Assembly: GCA_951406725.2 (NCBI GenBank) | Contig: OX597827.1 | Coordinates: forward strand, 24,924,001 to 24,988,000 | Source of the DNA: Octopus vulgaris | Lineage: Eukaryota | Reading direction: 5' to 3' | DNA: 64,000 bases | Shown: positions 38,060-51,988 of the stretch, piece after piece | Position numbering within the stretch: position 1 is the first letter of the stretch | Layout: each line of letters begins with the position of its first letter | Program-made: the position numbers and the translations under genes | The notes under the pieces: model-generated | Databases searched by the model: none | The model's input: only the letters and a program-made list of their open reading frames with translations | What the model was told of the DNA's origin: nothing

Positions 38060-38151
38060 TTTCTTCTTCTTCTTCTTCTTCTTCTTCTTCTTCTTCTTCT
38101 TCTTCTTCTTCTTCTTCTTCTTCTTCTTCTTCTTCTTCTTCTTCTTCTTCT
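38060..38151. repeat. (TTC)n microsatellite
   Basis: Seen directly. Confidence 0.95.
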
Positions 38152-38505
38152 GATTATAGTGAATGAATGAAAGAAAAACAAGATAAAGAATAAAGAAAAG
38201 AAGGAATTAATAACTGAACGCATGAATGAATTGGTTGATACCTTTTACCAAAGCCGGAGCTCTATCCAAGTTTTGTGACTGGATTCGTATTGACGGAAAT
38301 TGTAAAGAAGCCTGTCAAATGGACTGCATCCATAACTCAGAGACCAGGTCCTCTCTCACAGCGAGTTTGTCACAGTGACCCCGCATGGGGATTGTGATAA
38401 TGGCCGTCTGAAATTTGAACTAGAAGCCAACCGGTTGATCAGTCAAGTAGTGCATGTGGCGTGGAAATTTTTGACACTTCACAATAGGTGGTATTGTTTT
38501 GAAGT

Positions 38506-38882
38506 GGAGGCGTAATGGCCCAGTGGTTAGGGCAGCGGACTCGCGGTCGTAGGATCGCGGTTTCGATTCCCAGACCGGGCGTTGTGAGTGTTTATTGAAC
38601 GAAAACACCTAAAGCTCCACGAGGCTCCGGCAGAGGATGGTGGTGATCCCTGTTGTACTCTTTCACCACAACTTTCTCTCACTCTTACTGTTTCTGTTGT
38701 ACCTGTATTTCAAAGGGCCGGCCTTGTCACTCTCTGTGTCACGCTGAATATCCCCTAGAACTACGTTAAGGATACACGTGTCTGTGGAGTGCTCAGCCAC
38801 TTACACGTTAATTTCACGAGCAGGCTGTTCCGTTGTTCGGATCAACCGGAACCCTCATCGTCGTAACCGACGGAGTGCTTCT
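38506..38882 (+). mobile_element. Young tRNA-derived SINE (S3-related)
   Basis: A box TGGCCCAGTGG and B-box-like GTTTCGATTCC, with a TCG anticodon-like position. CpGs are retained. The 3' half is shared with the S3 copies. Confidence 0.85.
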
Positions 38883-39154
38883 AATAATTGTTTTGAAACA
38901 CACTAAAAAAGCTAGCTCGCTGGCAGAGACGTTAACACGCCAGAAAAACGCTTAGCGACGCTTCATCCGTCTTTACATATGATTCTGGGGTCAATAAAGT
39001 AAAGATACAGTCAAGTATCGGAGTCAATGAACTCAACTTGCTTCCCCTCCTGGAAACTGCTGGCTTTGTGTCAAAGTTTGAAACTATAATCAAGAGACAA
39101 ACGAAATGTGCGTATGTTGTACAGTAGTTTAAATTACTCTTCCACGATGTTAAG

Positions 39155-39448
39155 AAGAACGAAAGGTAAAGCTGACCTCAGCGGGCGGAATTTGAACTCA
39201 GAACGTAGCAGCAGACGAAATACCTATTTCTTTACTACCCACAAGGGGCTAAACACAGAGAGGATAAACAAGGACAGACAAACGGGTTAAGTCGATTATA
39301 TCGACACCAGTGCGTAACTGGTACTTATTTAATCGACCCAATGAAAGGCAAAGTCGACCTCGGCGGAATTTGAACTCAGAACGTTACGGCAGACGAGATC
39401 CCGCTATGCATTTCGCTCGGCGTGCTAACGACTCTCCAGCTCACTGCT
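39155..39448 (-). mobile_element. SINE S1 plus a partial second unit
   Basis: Minus-strand junction AAAGAAATA|GGTATTTCGTCTGC. This SINE forms the spurious N-terminus of ORF 39310. Confidence 0.85.
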
Positions 39449-39510
<62 letters not shown>

Positions 39511-39517
<7 letters not shown>

Positions 39518-40930
39518 ACACACAAATGAAAGAGAAAATAAAAAAAGAATATTATAGACGAGTTAGATCAATACTAAAAACAGAGCTCAATGCTAAAAAC
39601 AAGATAATAGGTATCAACACTTTAGCTGTCCCAGTTATAAGTTACAGCTACAATATCCTTAACTGGACACGAAATGAACTGTCCAAAATAGATAGGAAAA
39701 CAAGAAAAATACTGACAGGATCTAGGATGCATCACCCAAAATCTGACATAGAAAGACTATATATACAACGTATAGAAGGTGGTAGAGGCCTTATACAGCT
39801 GGAAAACTACTATAAAATAACCACCATAGGACTGCAAAAATATCTACTTCAGAAGGAAGGAAAACTGATCCAGATAGCAGCAAAATACGAGCAAAACAAA
39901 AAACTGTTCTCAGTATTTAAGGAAGCTGACAAATACAAACAAGAAATCATACCACCTAATAAACACGAAGAAGAAGAAGAAGAAGATGATGAAGAAACAA
40001 CAAAAGCTATAAAACAAATGAAATCCAAACTAAAAATAGAACAGCAACGAACCATGATAAAACGATGGCAAGAAAAGCCCCTTCATGGTAAATACTGCAC
40101 TAAACTAAACGCAAAAGAAATAGACAAAGAAAAATCCCAGCAATGGTTGAGAAGCTCAGGACTCAAAGCAGAAACAGAGGGATTTTTAATTGCAGCACAA
40201 GACCAAAGCCTCCCCACCAGAAATTACCAAAAACATGTAATGAAAAGAAATATTACAAGTAACTGCAGAATATGTGGAGATGGACAAGAAACAATAAATT
40301 ATATTATCTCTAGCTGCCCAGTCCTGGCTAAGAAGGAATATATTCACAGACATGACAGAGTTGGAACCTACATACATTGGAAGCTATGCCAACATTATGG
40401 AATAACATCAGAAAAAAAATGGTATAGGCACACACCAGAAAAGGTCACAGAAAACGAGAAAGCAACCATACTCTGGGATATGCCGATACACACAGATAGA
40501 GAAATTAAGGCCAACAGACCAGATATAGTTGTCAGAGATCATGAAGAAAAAAATGCTTTCTAATTGATGTATCAATACCGGCAGATGACAACGTGTCTCT
40601 AAAAGAAATGGAGAAACTCTCAAAATACAAAGACCTGGAAATAGAGGTAACTAGAATGTGGAATCTGAAAACAGAAACAATTCCTATCATAGTAGGTGCA
40701 TTAGGCATGATAAAAAAATATTCAGACAAATACATAACAAAAACACCAGGACTTACAAACACATATAACATACAGAAAATTGCACTACTAGCCACTGCAC
40801 ACATCCTACGCAGAACACTTTCCATACAATAACCATCAGAGCATCACAACAAATCACAGCACATACCCAAGGCACACAGAGCTGCGCTCGGTAGTGAAGT
40901 GAAAGCACGCTATAAAAATAAAACTACTGA
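39511..40930 (+). mobile_element. R4/Dong-like non-LTR retrotransposon (RLE endonuclease), 5'-truncated, young, inside (AAT)n
   Basis: RT thumb ELNAKNKIIGINTLAVPV, EGGRGL; zinc finger CRICG...ETINYIISSC; RHD; RPDIV...LIDVSIP...KY. One frameshift in the A-run near 40550 and the stop at 40832. The 3' UTR ends AAAACTACTG, with (AAT)n on both sides. Confidence 0.92.
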
Positions 40931-41439
40931 ATAATGATAATAATAATAATAATAATAATGGTGATGATGATGATGATGATGATGACGATCGTAAGGGTTT
41001 AGGTCTGTATATTTCTCAACATACTCCCATGTGCACGATGAGATAAACTGTGATAATATTCGCACTACGATTGCGTTTGACCAGATTTGAGAAACAAAAG
41101 GCCAGAAATAAGTACCTGCTGTGTTACTGGTGTGAGCGAGGGTAGCGGCGCGACTCGTTGAAGACTGCGGTTATCAACTATTCAATGGGGAAGTAGGAAG
41201 TGGTTCGGTCTGAAATTCCAAAAGGAAAACATTTGAATATGCGTAGCAGGGTAAAATTTGTTCTTTTTCTATATTTAGTTTAAAGTACTACGGGTGGTAA
41301 AAAATCGAACTGCACTCAGTCGTAGACTGGATTATGGCCTTGTTTTCTAGGCCTCTCTTCCACCATCGGGGCCATCGAACGGTCTTCCTGTCGTAGTGGT
41401 TTAGCGCTCTCGTCTTAGCACAAGCAACACATCCTTCGT

Positions 41440-41725
41440 CTACGATGTATGCAAACTCCGTCTATAAGCCTCTTTTAAACAGTTCAAAAGCACCTTCTTT
41501 ATTCTTGTATTCTCTACAACAACATCTTTGTGCTATATCCAGTCGATGCTACTCTACATTTTGCTGATGTAGGTTCCTGTAAATTCCAGCTTGATTAGTT
41601 TGATAATCCTGCCCCTAAAATCATCTGATCAGAAAAAGATACGTTCAGCTTCCAGCATCCATGTCCTTGTATATTGTCTGTTATAAGTTGATTGCACAAG
41701 CCACGAAATTATGATCCGTGTAAGC
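41440..41725 (-). mobile_element. Old Tx1/L1 ORF2 fragment (end of endonuclease domain)
   Basis: The minus strand gives TDHNFVACAINL...QGHGCWKLNVSF, matching MDHKLVTCTLDL...QGPRYWKLNASF of the 8014 ORF. Confidence 0.65.
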
Positions 41726-42105
41726 TAGTGGCGGACTGGCCAGGCTGCCAGCTTGCCCGATGGCAAATGGACCCCTGTTTCATTAGAATCCATATATGGT
41801 GACCCATGTTAGTATTCCCTCAAGTTTGAGAATTTTTTTATTCACTCCTGGAAGAATGCACTAATTATTTCATCTGGCTGGGTTTGTAAACAGTTACTCC
41901 TTTACTCTTTTACTTGTTTCAGTCATTTGACTGGCCATGCTAGAGCACCGCCTTTTAGTTGAGCAAATAAACCCCAGGACTTATTCTTTGTAAGCCTAGT
42001 ACTTCTTCTATCGGTCCCTTTCGCCGAACCGTTAGGTTACGGGGACGTAAACACACCAACATCGGTTGTCAAGCGATGTTGTGGGGCCAAACCCAGACAC
42101 ACAAA

Positions 42106-42173
<68 letters not shown>

Positions 42174-42444
42174 CGACAAGCTTCTTTCAGTTTCCGTCTA
42201 CCAAATCCACTCACAGGGCTTTGGTCGGCCCGAGGTTATAGTAGAAGACACTTGCCCGGAACAATGTGGTTGGTAAGTAAGCTACTTGCAGCCACTCCTA
42301 CGCCTAGTTGAAAATAATACTTTAAAAAGATAAATAAATTATAGTATTGTAGTTGCCGTTGGGTCCCCTTGTAGTTGCGGGGGCCCTCTTATAGTTGCGG
42401 GTGGGCTCCCTTAGTCTCCTATTTTTAGACCCAGCCCTCCACTG
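41726..42444. mobile_element. hAT-like non-autonomous element with a nested SINE
   Basis: TIRs TAGTGGCGGACTGG and (reverse complement) CAGTGGAGGGCTGG match 11/14. Flanks CGTGTAAGC and CGTGTAGC resemble an 8-bp TSD. Confidence 0.55.
41897..42305 (-). mobile_element. SINE S2 with internal (CA)n
   Basis: Near full length and nested in the hAT-like element. Confidence 0.85.
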
Positions 42445-42812
42445 CGTGTAGCCATGAAATAGTGGAAAATAACTTTATAACACAGGCAGAAGGCTATAAA
42501 GTTGTGGGTGGTAGCTTAGTAATTAAATCGAACAAGTACTTGACTGTTTTTTTTTTATCATAACTACAGTGGAATGACGAAAGGTCTGAGATGCTACAGG
42601 AAGAATGCCTTCATTCTTCTCGCTATTTCCAAATCATTTCGTAACCCAGTGATAGATTTGTCAGTATGATATGACTTGTCAAACCAGACATGGCTTTCAC
42701 GTTAAAGATACAATTGTTTTCTAGAAATGTGCGCGCGCATGCATACAGGTATGCACACATAGACATACGCACACACATGCACACACATGGACACACACAT
42801 GCCAATATTACA

Positions 42813-42851
<39 letters not shown>

Positions 42852-42883
42852 AACTACCTACATGTATATATGTGTGTGTGTGA

Positions 42884-42926
<43 letters not shown>

Positions 42927-44188
42927 CATATTCATATATATATATGTATATATATATACATATATATATGGTGGTTGCCCCCTCGTTATCGAGTATGGTC
43001 ATTGCACGAAGCTTAATCAATGTTGTTATCGTGCAATGCCTGTGCAAGAAGATTTTTTAAAGTGAGGAAAGGGTGTGCACTGAGTCAATCCCACTCACTA
43101 AGCAACAGCAGCCATAATCCGAAAAGAAGAACAAGTCAACATCATCGGTAACCACTGAGCCGCACGTTTTATGTCGGAGTTATCCCAGTTACCTGAGTTA
43201 CCTTCTCCTAGAAGGATGCCCTAACAAAGGCTAGGAGTCCTTCACTCCCAATGGTTTAACCGCGCGATCGGGTATTCAGTCCGATTATTTCTATGTCCCC
43301 GCGCATGATACAGTCTTTAGACATTTATTGGATGGCCGTTGACTCTCAAGAGTTCCTCCGCCCTTTGATGGGTTTTGTTTTTCATCTCGCTGGGTGTCCA
43401 AAAAACATCCTCCTCACCAAGCAAGTTTGGTGGGGTTGCCGGTTTAGTCGCCGACGGCCCGACCATGCAACAGGTTGTACTGGGTTACATGTTACCAGTA
43501 GCACTCGAAAGTGACCTGACACAAATATATATATATATATATACATATGTATATACATATATACATACATGCATATATATATATATACATACACACACTA
43601 CACACACGCATATATGTATACATACACACATACACGTATATACTTTCATTTGAAAATGTATACTACAAAGCTTCCTGTTTATACCATCATGTATAAAATA
43701 CACAGCTTTATTTTGAGATTGCTAATGTTAATAATACTCGCAAATGAAATACAGACTGGAGTTGTAGTGCTCCAAGTGAGCTATATTCCACTTAATAATC
43801 TCAATGGAGGCAATACAAGCAGGAACTAGAGGACCATAATTAATAAACACGTTCGAAAATCAAATGCATACATATATCTTCTATATTTATAAAACGGAAA
43901 TAAAAATTCCAAATATATAAATATAAAGATACACGTAAAGTAGATAAATATTGATGTGATACATAAAACATAGTGAATTTACATTTAAAAGTTATAATAT
44001 ATTGGTGTAATAAAAATTTGAGATGATAAAGTATCAAAAGGACGTACAAAAATACCACGAAAGTAATACAAAAATTTAAAAGTTTAAAAGTTCCATCTAC
44101 GGACCGTTTCAGGGACGTGCCAAGTAATATGATATATTTCATATTTTTAAAACTGACACTCTCTTCATCATGTATATAGCAATAGCGC

Positions 44189-44326
<138 letters not shown>

Positions 44327-44814
44327 TGTTTTTATTAGCCACAGGGTCTCAACAGGTACAATAGATTACAATAAACATTAAAGACACGAATTTTACAACA
44401 CGTGAAGTGTTGGACAAAGTTATTATATAAAAAGCTTGATCAGAGAGGACAGTATTCAGTAGACAGATAATTAATTGAATATAAACAAGTATAAAATAAT
44501 AAAAATAAATATAAAATAATAAAAAAGGCAATAATTAAAACAAGATCTAATTTCAATTTATATACCATATAAAACAATTAAGGTTTCGCACGCAATAAAG
44601 CTCTGGCTAAATTGGGTCGAATTAATCCACAACACGCCCTTCAGCTATTCCTCTTACAGATCTCTGGGGGGTGGGAGGGGTACCCGAAGACACTTGCTGG
44701 AATACTTTGGCTAGGGCAATTTAGGAGTCTCATTCCGTTTTCTGGTTCTCTTTGTTTCACAACAATTTGTCTCATAACCGCAGCCGCAGCGCTTTACTAA
44801 TCTCTTTCTGTCAT

Positions 44815-45050
44815 TGGCTTACTCTTTGCTCTTTTTACTCTTTTACTTCTTTCAGTCATTTGACTGTGACTATACTGGAGCACCGCCTTTAGTCGAGCAA
44901 ATCGACCCCAGGACTTATTCTTTGTAAACCTAGTACTTATTCTGTCGGTCTCTTTTGCCGAACCGCAAAGTTATGGGGACGTAAACGCACCAGCATCGGT
45001 TATCAAGCGATGTTGGGGGAACAAACACAGACACAAAAAACATATACACA

Positions 45051-45098
<48 letters not shown>

Positions 45099-45262
45099 AA
45101 TATACGACGGGCTTCTTTCAGTTTCCGTCTACCAAATCTGCTCACAAGGCTTTGGTCGGCTCGAGGTTATAGTAGAAGACACTTGCTCAAGGTGCTTCGC
45201 AGTGGGACTGAACCCGGAACCATGTGGTAGGTAAGCAAGCTACTTACCACGCAGCCACTCCT
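44815..45262 (-). mobile_element. SINE S2, full length, with internal (TA)n
   Basis: Best-preserved S2 copy: head, CORE-like domain, microsatellite and AAAAGAGT-repeat tail. Confidence 0.9.
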
Positions 45263-45639
45263 ATTGTTTATAATTCGCATCTTTAAAAGACTCTTCGCAA
45301 AATATTTCATTAATAAACTCGTAAGACGCTTTAAAAAACGTTTTTCTCTTTCTTTCTCGCAATCCAGTTCTCTGCTGGGAAATTCGTGGCATTTTCCTGG
45401 GGAGGTGGTGTCTCTCCAAACAATTCAATGCTCTTTTTGAGTACATTATCTTTTTTTCCTTGAGATCATTTTGTTTTATCGATGGTTTATACATCTGGCC
45501 CTCCTATATCTATTCATACACCACACTGGAAGATAGGACGATGCTACCAATTGTTACGGCTGGGGACGGGGTACCCAACCGAGATTGTTGCCAAGATTGG
45601 ACATGAGATCACCTAATGGTTCTCTGGCAAAAGCTGGCT

Positions 45640-46245
45640 GGTACTCCGTCGGTTACGACGACGAGTGTTCCAGTTGGCTGGATCAACGGAACAGCCTGCT
45701 CGAGAAATTAACATGCAAGTGGCTGAGTATTCCACAGACACAAGAATCCTTAAAGTATTTCTCGGGGAGTTTTAGCGTGATACACAGAATGTAACAAAGC
45801 TGGCCCCTTTGAATTACAGGTACAACTCATTTTTGCCCGCTGAGTGGAATGGAGCAACGCGAAACAAAGTGTCTTACTCAGGGACACAACGTGTCGCCGG
45901 GAATTGAATTCATGACCTTACGATCGAGATCCGAATACCTATTTCTTTACTACCCACAAGGGGCTAAACACAGAGAGGAAAAACAAGGACAGACAAACGG
46001 ATTAAGTCAATTATATCGACCCCAGTGTGTAACTGGTACTTATTTAATCGACCCCGAAAGGATGAAAGGCAAAGTCGACCTCGGCGGAATTTGAACTCAG
46101 AACGTAGCGGCAGACAAAATACCGCAAAGTATTTCGCCCGGCGTGCTAACGTTTCTGCCAGCTCGCCGCCTTTTTTTTTTCAATGATCCTCCTTCCCACA
46201 TACCTCGGAGCCGAATACCCTTACCACCAAGCTACGCACCTTTAC
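45640..46245 (-). mobile_element. SINE S3 interrupted by SINE S1 (45940-46170)
   Basis: TSD CCGAATACC at 45931-45939 and 46211-46219. Confidence 0.88.
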
Positions 46246-47855
46246 TCTGCTAAAAGGGACAGTCTCTCCGCTGTTTTCCTCTCCTCAGCTTTACTAATCT
46301 TCTTAGTTCTTCAGGGCCGATGGCTCTCAAGTACTTTTTACTATCACTTATAACTAATCCTTTCTACCTATTCCATTAATCTCGTGTCCTTCGTTTTGGT
46401 GCTTCCAATTACGCCATACTCTGATTCGGCCTTGTGACTGTCAGGGTAAATAAGAATTTCAAATGCATCTTGCCTCCTTCGGACCAATTGCTATCGGTCT
46501 CCTCGATCAGGCCTTATACAGGGATGGGTGGGTAAACCACAGCAATAATAACTGCAACAACAACTAATTAATATTCGTAAAAACCGGAGATTCTTTGAGA
46601 GTCCAAGTTGAGATCTTGACGAGGCCAGTTTTGCCTCTCGTTTTTATGGCACCCAACACCCCGATACCCCTCCAAACACCAAGTCAATCACTAGCTCGAT
46701 TTAATCGATTGTCGGCAACCGTCTCCCAAATTTGCAGTCTTGAGTCTATGTCAGAGGTCAATGTAGAGAAATGAATAATGAATACTTTTGCCCGTAATTT
46801 GGTTCAAGAAGAACAACCAAAACAGGCTAACAAAACAAGCTCTTTATTTCATTTAATTTCTTCTCGTTTGTTGATAATTAAAAGAACTATTTGAGCCATC
46901 TTTAATCGAAATACACGGAAACTAAAAACGAAGTGAAATCTTTCTTTATTCAAAGCTTGTCCAAAATACCACACATGGGATCGAACTCAAGAACTAATTG
47001 CAAAGCGAACTTTATAAACACGTAAATCCTGCGTAGTTAGGTGTGAAGGACGGGCGTAGGATGAAGAATGAGGGCAGGGCGATGCGCATTAGGCTTAACT
47101 TCATTTTTTTTTGTTTATACTTAAGTTAGGCAAAAGAAGAGAGTTAGAACGTAAGTCTTTTACAGATTCTTCCTATCTAATGGAATCGATTTAGTTCGCA
47201 TTCAGTTTGGTCATTGATTGGTCGGGGTTTACTCCAGAACGTCACAGTTCTGAGGAGTAATACCTGTGCGCAGAGTTTTTACTGGAGCGCCCCTTACCTG
47301 TATAAATGTAGACAGACAAGATTTTTTGATAACATAATGCTGTGGACAATTTTCCGTTTTTGAAATTCACCGGAATCTCTTGAACACACAAGACGTCACA
47401 TATTTGGGTTTAATGGATATCATTCGATATGACTGGCCGAGAAGAAAGGATTATGTTATGCAGCCAACTAATTCAGAAGAATAATTGTCGAGCTAGTAGT
47501 AGTAGCAGAAGTAGTAGTAGTAGTAGTGATAGTAGTAATAGTAGTAGTGGTAGTAATGGTGGTAGTAGTAGTAGTTAGAGAGGAGCCCAAGGATTAATCA
47601 ACAGTTCTCGTGCTCATAGTGGGAAGGTTTCTTCTTTTGGAATATGGTCTAGAATGTCATTCTACGAAGCAACCAACGTCGTCCCAGAGGTGATTGCAGT
47701 ACTTCAGTGTGGATCTTACTCCAAATTTATTGAGGGTCAGCGCAAATACTGACCAGAACTCTCGAGCCTTTGCAATCTAGTGTTAACAATGCTCCACTAG
47801 CACACGCGCACACGCATATATTTATGTTTCAATGTACATGTGTATTTGTATATAA

Positions 47856-47913
<58 letters not shown>

Positions 47914-47949
47914 GCACATGCATATATATGTGTGTATGTGTGGGTGTGG

Positions 47950-47992
<43 letters not shown>

Positions 47993-49219
47993 CGCGCATG
48001 CGTATATATGTGTGTGTGTATGTCTGTGCGCACGCTTGTGTATCGGAATCTATGATTTGCTGCATGCGTTTTTCGAGTTTGTCATCAAAGAAAAAAAAGG
48101 AGTCAGTTTCAGACCTAGGATTAAGGTTCTGGCGTTGGAATTCGGACAATATCAACGAGGTATGCACGTATGCACGTATGCACGTATGCATGTATGCTTA
48201 TATTTATGCATGTACAATATTTGCAATATACATGTGTGAACATATGTTCACACGTATGCATGTGTGCAAATATGGACGTCAGAGGGTCTTTGCGGCTGTA
48301 TGTTTTGACTTACGTAACGTGTACACATTCAGAGAGTGAATGTCTACACCGTGTGTATATTTATTTATTACATGCTAAATTTCTCCAATGTTTTACGTAC
48401 TTTCGCAGTACCTTTAATGCCCTGTATTTTAATGCCTTGTATTTTTAATTTCTTGTATTTTTAATTTCTTGACACATCATGTCCTTTCTGCTTTTGCGAA
48501 TCCCAGATTCTCAAGATTGTTACTGAAGCAGGTGGTCGCGTAGCGAAATGCTCCATCAATGACAGGAATCTAAAGTGATATAAACGTGACGGAACCGTTG
48601 CATATTTCTCTTCGTTTCAGTAGAGCTGTTACCTTTTTCAGTAAACTTTAACACTTTATTAGTATTCGCTGGGAAACTGATTTCGATTACTGTCTACAAC
48701 TTCTTTCTCTTCTTTAGGATCCTTACATCTGGTCCATAAATCTTGTGTTTTACGGAGGCATTTCTACCAATATTCTTTCATATTCTAAGTTATTATAGCC
48801 TCCCTATGAGTGTAATTCCTGTCCCCAACTGTACCCTTTCTAGGGTTTGCGTTCTACAATGTTCTAGCTACGACAGCATGCTTCACAAATAAATACCAAG
48901 ATACTATTTTCGGACATCTACTGTACTCTATTGAGCGGATAGAGTACTGCTCAATAAGGATAACTTAATATAAAAACAGAACAAAACAAAACAATAACAG
49001 CAACAACTGTAACAGAAATGGTAATGGCAGCAGCAGCAGCAGCAGCAGTAGCTGTAGCAACAGCAACATTAGACCCTTTCACATGACGAAATGTATCCAA
49101 GAGTTAGGAATTGTTTGAGAAATGTAAGAAGCATTTATAGCGCCGAATATTTAAAATATGTAAAACAAGCGACAAGAATACAAACACACACACACACAAA
49201 TACACGCACACACACACAC

Positions 49220-49359
<140 letters not shown>

Positions 49360-49447
49360 GCATAAATGCATATAACATACATATATGTGTGCATGCAAAT
49401 AATTAAAACTGCTGAGCATTTTGTCCGGTGCTCTAGTCATTCTGCCT

Positions 49448-49980
49448 TGTGGCTCTCATGGCTTCTGATCTTAAACTGATTGGAAGTGCTATCAGGTACA
49501 TGTTTTGCCTTCGTGTTAAAGATGGGTTACAACAAATATTCTGCTCAATACCACAGATTTGCTTGTTAGGTTTTTGACCTTAACGAGTTCTCGTATTCCT
49601 TGGTGGTTGACGATATGTGCATCTCTAATCATGAGCAGGTATAATGGGGGAGCATTATAGCCATTTGTTGAGGGGAATTCTTCGGAGGTTTGAATAGTTT
49701 ACCCCTGAAAACCTGGGTGATTCGTTCATCATCCTTAAACAATCCTTATTCAGGGACCTTTTGAGCGGAATGGGCTACTCGACCTGAAGAAAAAAAAAAT
49801 TCTAACTGGGTCCCACTTGCAAGATCATGCGCTGTTTAACTTGATATTAAGTCACCATGTCACACACATATGGTTGTGATGCATTGCCTAGTGTACCTTT
49901 ATCAGACGGGTAGTCATGATGGGTATATTGGGCTTTGTACCCTGAGTCACTTAGATGGCGCATACGGCTCTATCCCTGAA
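49448..49980 (+). mobile_element. Unclassified non-coding repeat of about 530 bp (copy 2)
   Basis: Shares GTGGCTCTCATGGCT.CTGATCTTAA ... ATCAGACGGGTAGTCATGATGGGTATATTGGGCTT with 28421-28948 and ends in AATAACAATAAT. Confidence 0.7.
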
Positions 49981-50201
49981 TAACAATAATAACAATAATC
50001 TTTTCTACTATAGACACAAATCCTGAAATTTGGGGGAGGGGGACAGTCGATTGGATCGGCTCCAATACTCAAGTCGAACTTATTTTATTCGTCCAGTAAG
50101 GATGAAAGGCAGAGTCGACCCCAGCATTGGAATTTGATCTCAGATCGTAAAGGCAGAGGAAAATGTCGCTAAGCATTTCATCCGGCCAAATCGCCGCCTT
50201 G

Positions 50202-50240
<39 letters not shown>

Positions 50241-51670
50241 TCAGAATGGATTTCGGACTGAAAAAGTGTGGTGTGTTAGTCTTGAAGAGAGGCAAAATCA
50301 AATGTATGGACAGGCTAACGATATCGTAGGGGGACGTTATGAAGCAGATAGAAGAGACGGGCTATAAGTACTTGGGGTTATTGGAAAAGGATAAATTGAT
50401 GGAGAAAGAAATAACAGAAAAATTTAAGGTGGATTACTTGTGCAGACTGAGACTGATCCTTAAATCGAAATTAAATGGACGGAATAAGATCGAAACTATC
50501 AACACCTGGGCGGTTCCACTCCTTAGATATGGAGCAGGGGTAATCGCATGGACAGTAGACAAATTAAACAGCTTAGACAGAAAGACAAGGCAGTTGCTGA
50601 TTAGATATAGGATACTCCACACAAAACGTGACACACACAGACTGTATGTACCAAGAAAATGAAGGTGAAGAGGACTGATCGGATGCAAACACAGCATTAG
50701 AGCAGAAGAAAACAATATAGCATGGTATGTATAAACGCCACAGAACCGCTATTATTGGAAGTAAGAAGGCCAGGATTGTGTAGGATGGGAGATTGCAAAG
50801 ATAAAACATTGTACAAGCACTTGAGAATGAATGAAACTGAAAATAGGTGGGTAAAGAAAAGACAGACGGAGAAAAAGAAAAGACAGACGCAGAAAAAGAA
50901 AAGACAGACGGAGACAAAAATGGCTATGGATGACTAAAAGTGATTTAAGACAGGGAACTGAGTCTCTAATCTGTGCTGCCCAAGAGCAAGCTTTAACAAC
51001 CAATTACATCAAATACAGAATAGACAACACATCAGAAAGTGATAAGTGCTGAATTTGTGGAGAAGATGGAAACCGTATGGAATATTATCAGTCAATGTAC
51101 GCCACTAGCCGAGAAAGAATATAAGAGACGTCATGACAAAATAGAAGGATTGTCCATTGGACACTTTGCAAGAAGTATGGACTTGATAGAGCAAAAAGTA
51201 GTACGAGCATAAAACCCGAAGGCATCATCGAAAATGATAATGCAAAGATCCTGTGGGATTTTATGATCCAGTGCGACCATGAGATGGAGAATAGGAAACC
51301 AGACATAGGGTTAATTGAGAAAGAAAGCAAATGATGCTCAGCTGACAACAAGGTTTGCGATAAAGAATAAAGAAAAGTCGATAAATATGACAGGTTAGCT
51401 TGGGAGGTTAAACAGTTGTGGTCGATGAAAAAGGTGGTAGTGGTACCAACAACTATCGGAGCCTGAGGAATAGTGAGTAAAAATCTCGAGAAGTACATGG
51501 AACAAATACAGGTTGCAATAAGAGTGAAGCACTTGCAGGAAACAGCCCTACTTGGAACCGCTGGAATACTCCGGATGGTGCTCGAAACACAAGGGTGTTA
51601 CCTGAGTTCACTGGTAGTGAACAGATGGCACCGTAGCGCATCTCCAGCGTTAAAGGTTGTGCAAAAGCAA
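50241..51670 (+). mobile_element. Second R4/Dong-like family, degraded, inside (AAT)n
   Basis: MDFGLKKCG, YKYLGLLE, KLNGRNKIETINTWAVPLLRYGAG, LICAAQEQAL, RHD, ILWDF...NRKPDI. AAT repeats lie on both flanks. Confidence 0.85.
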
Positions 51671-51719
51671 TACATAATAATAACAACAACAACAACAACA
51701 ATAATAATAATAATAATCT

Positions 51720-51933
51720 CTTTTAGTCTTTTACTTTTTACTTGTTTAAGTCATTTGACTGTAGCCATGCTGGAGCACCGCCTTTAGTCGAGCAAATCGA
51801 CCCCAGGACTTATTCTTTGTAAGCCTAGTACTTATTCTATCGCTCTCTTTTGCCGAACCGCTAAGTTACGAGGACGTAAACACACCAGCATCGGTTGTCA
51901 AGCGATGTTGGGGGGACAAACACATACACACAA

Positions 51934-51988
<55 letters not shown>

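Noticed and set aside
38506-38580. Possible tRNA-Arg gene
   Set aside because: There is no proper acceptor stem or terminator, and it continues into a SINE body shared with other copies.
39310-39510. N-terminus of the 417-aa ORF
   Set aside because: It is read-through of an antisense S1 SINE and (AAT)n; the Dong coding sequence starts at about 39511.
46171-46210. Reverse complement GGAAGGAGGATCATTG resembling the 18S 3' end
   Set aside because: The match is too short and imperfect to call.
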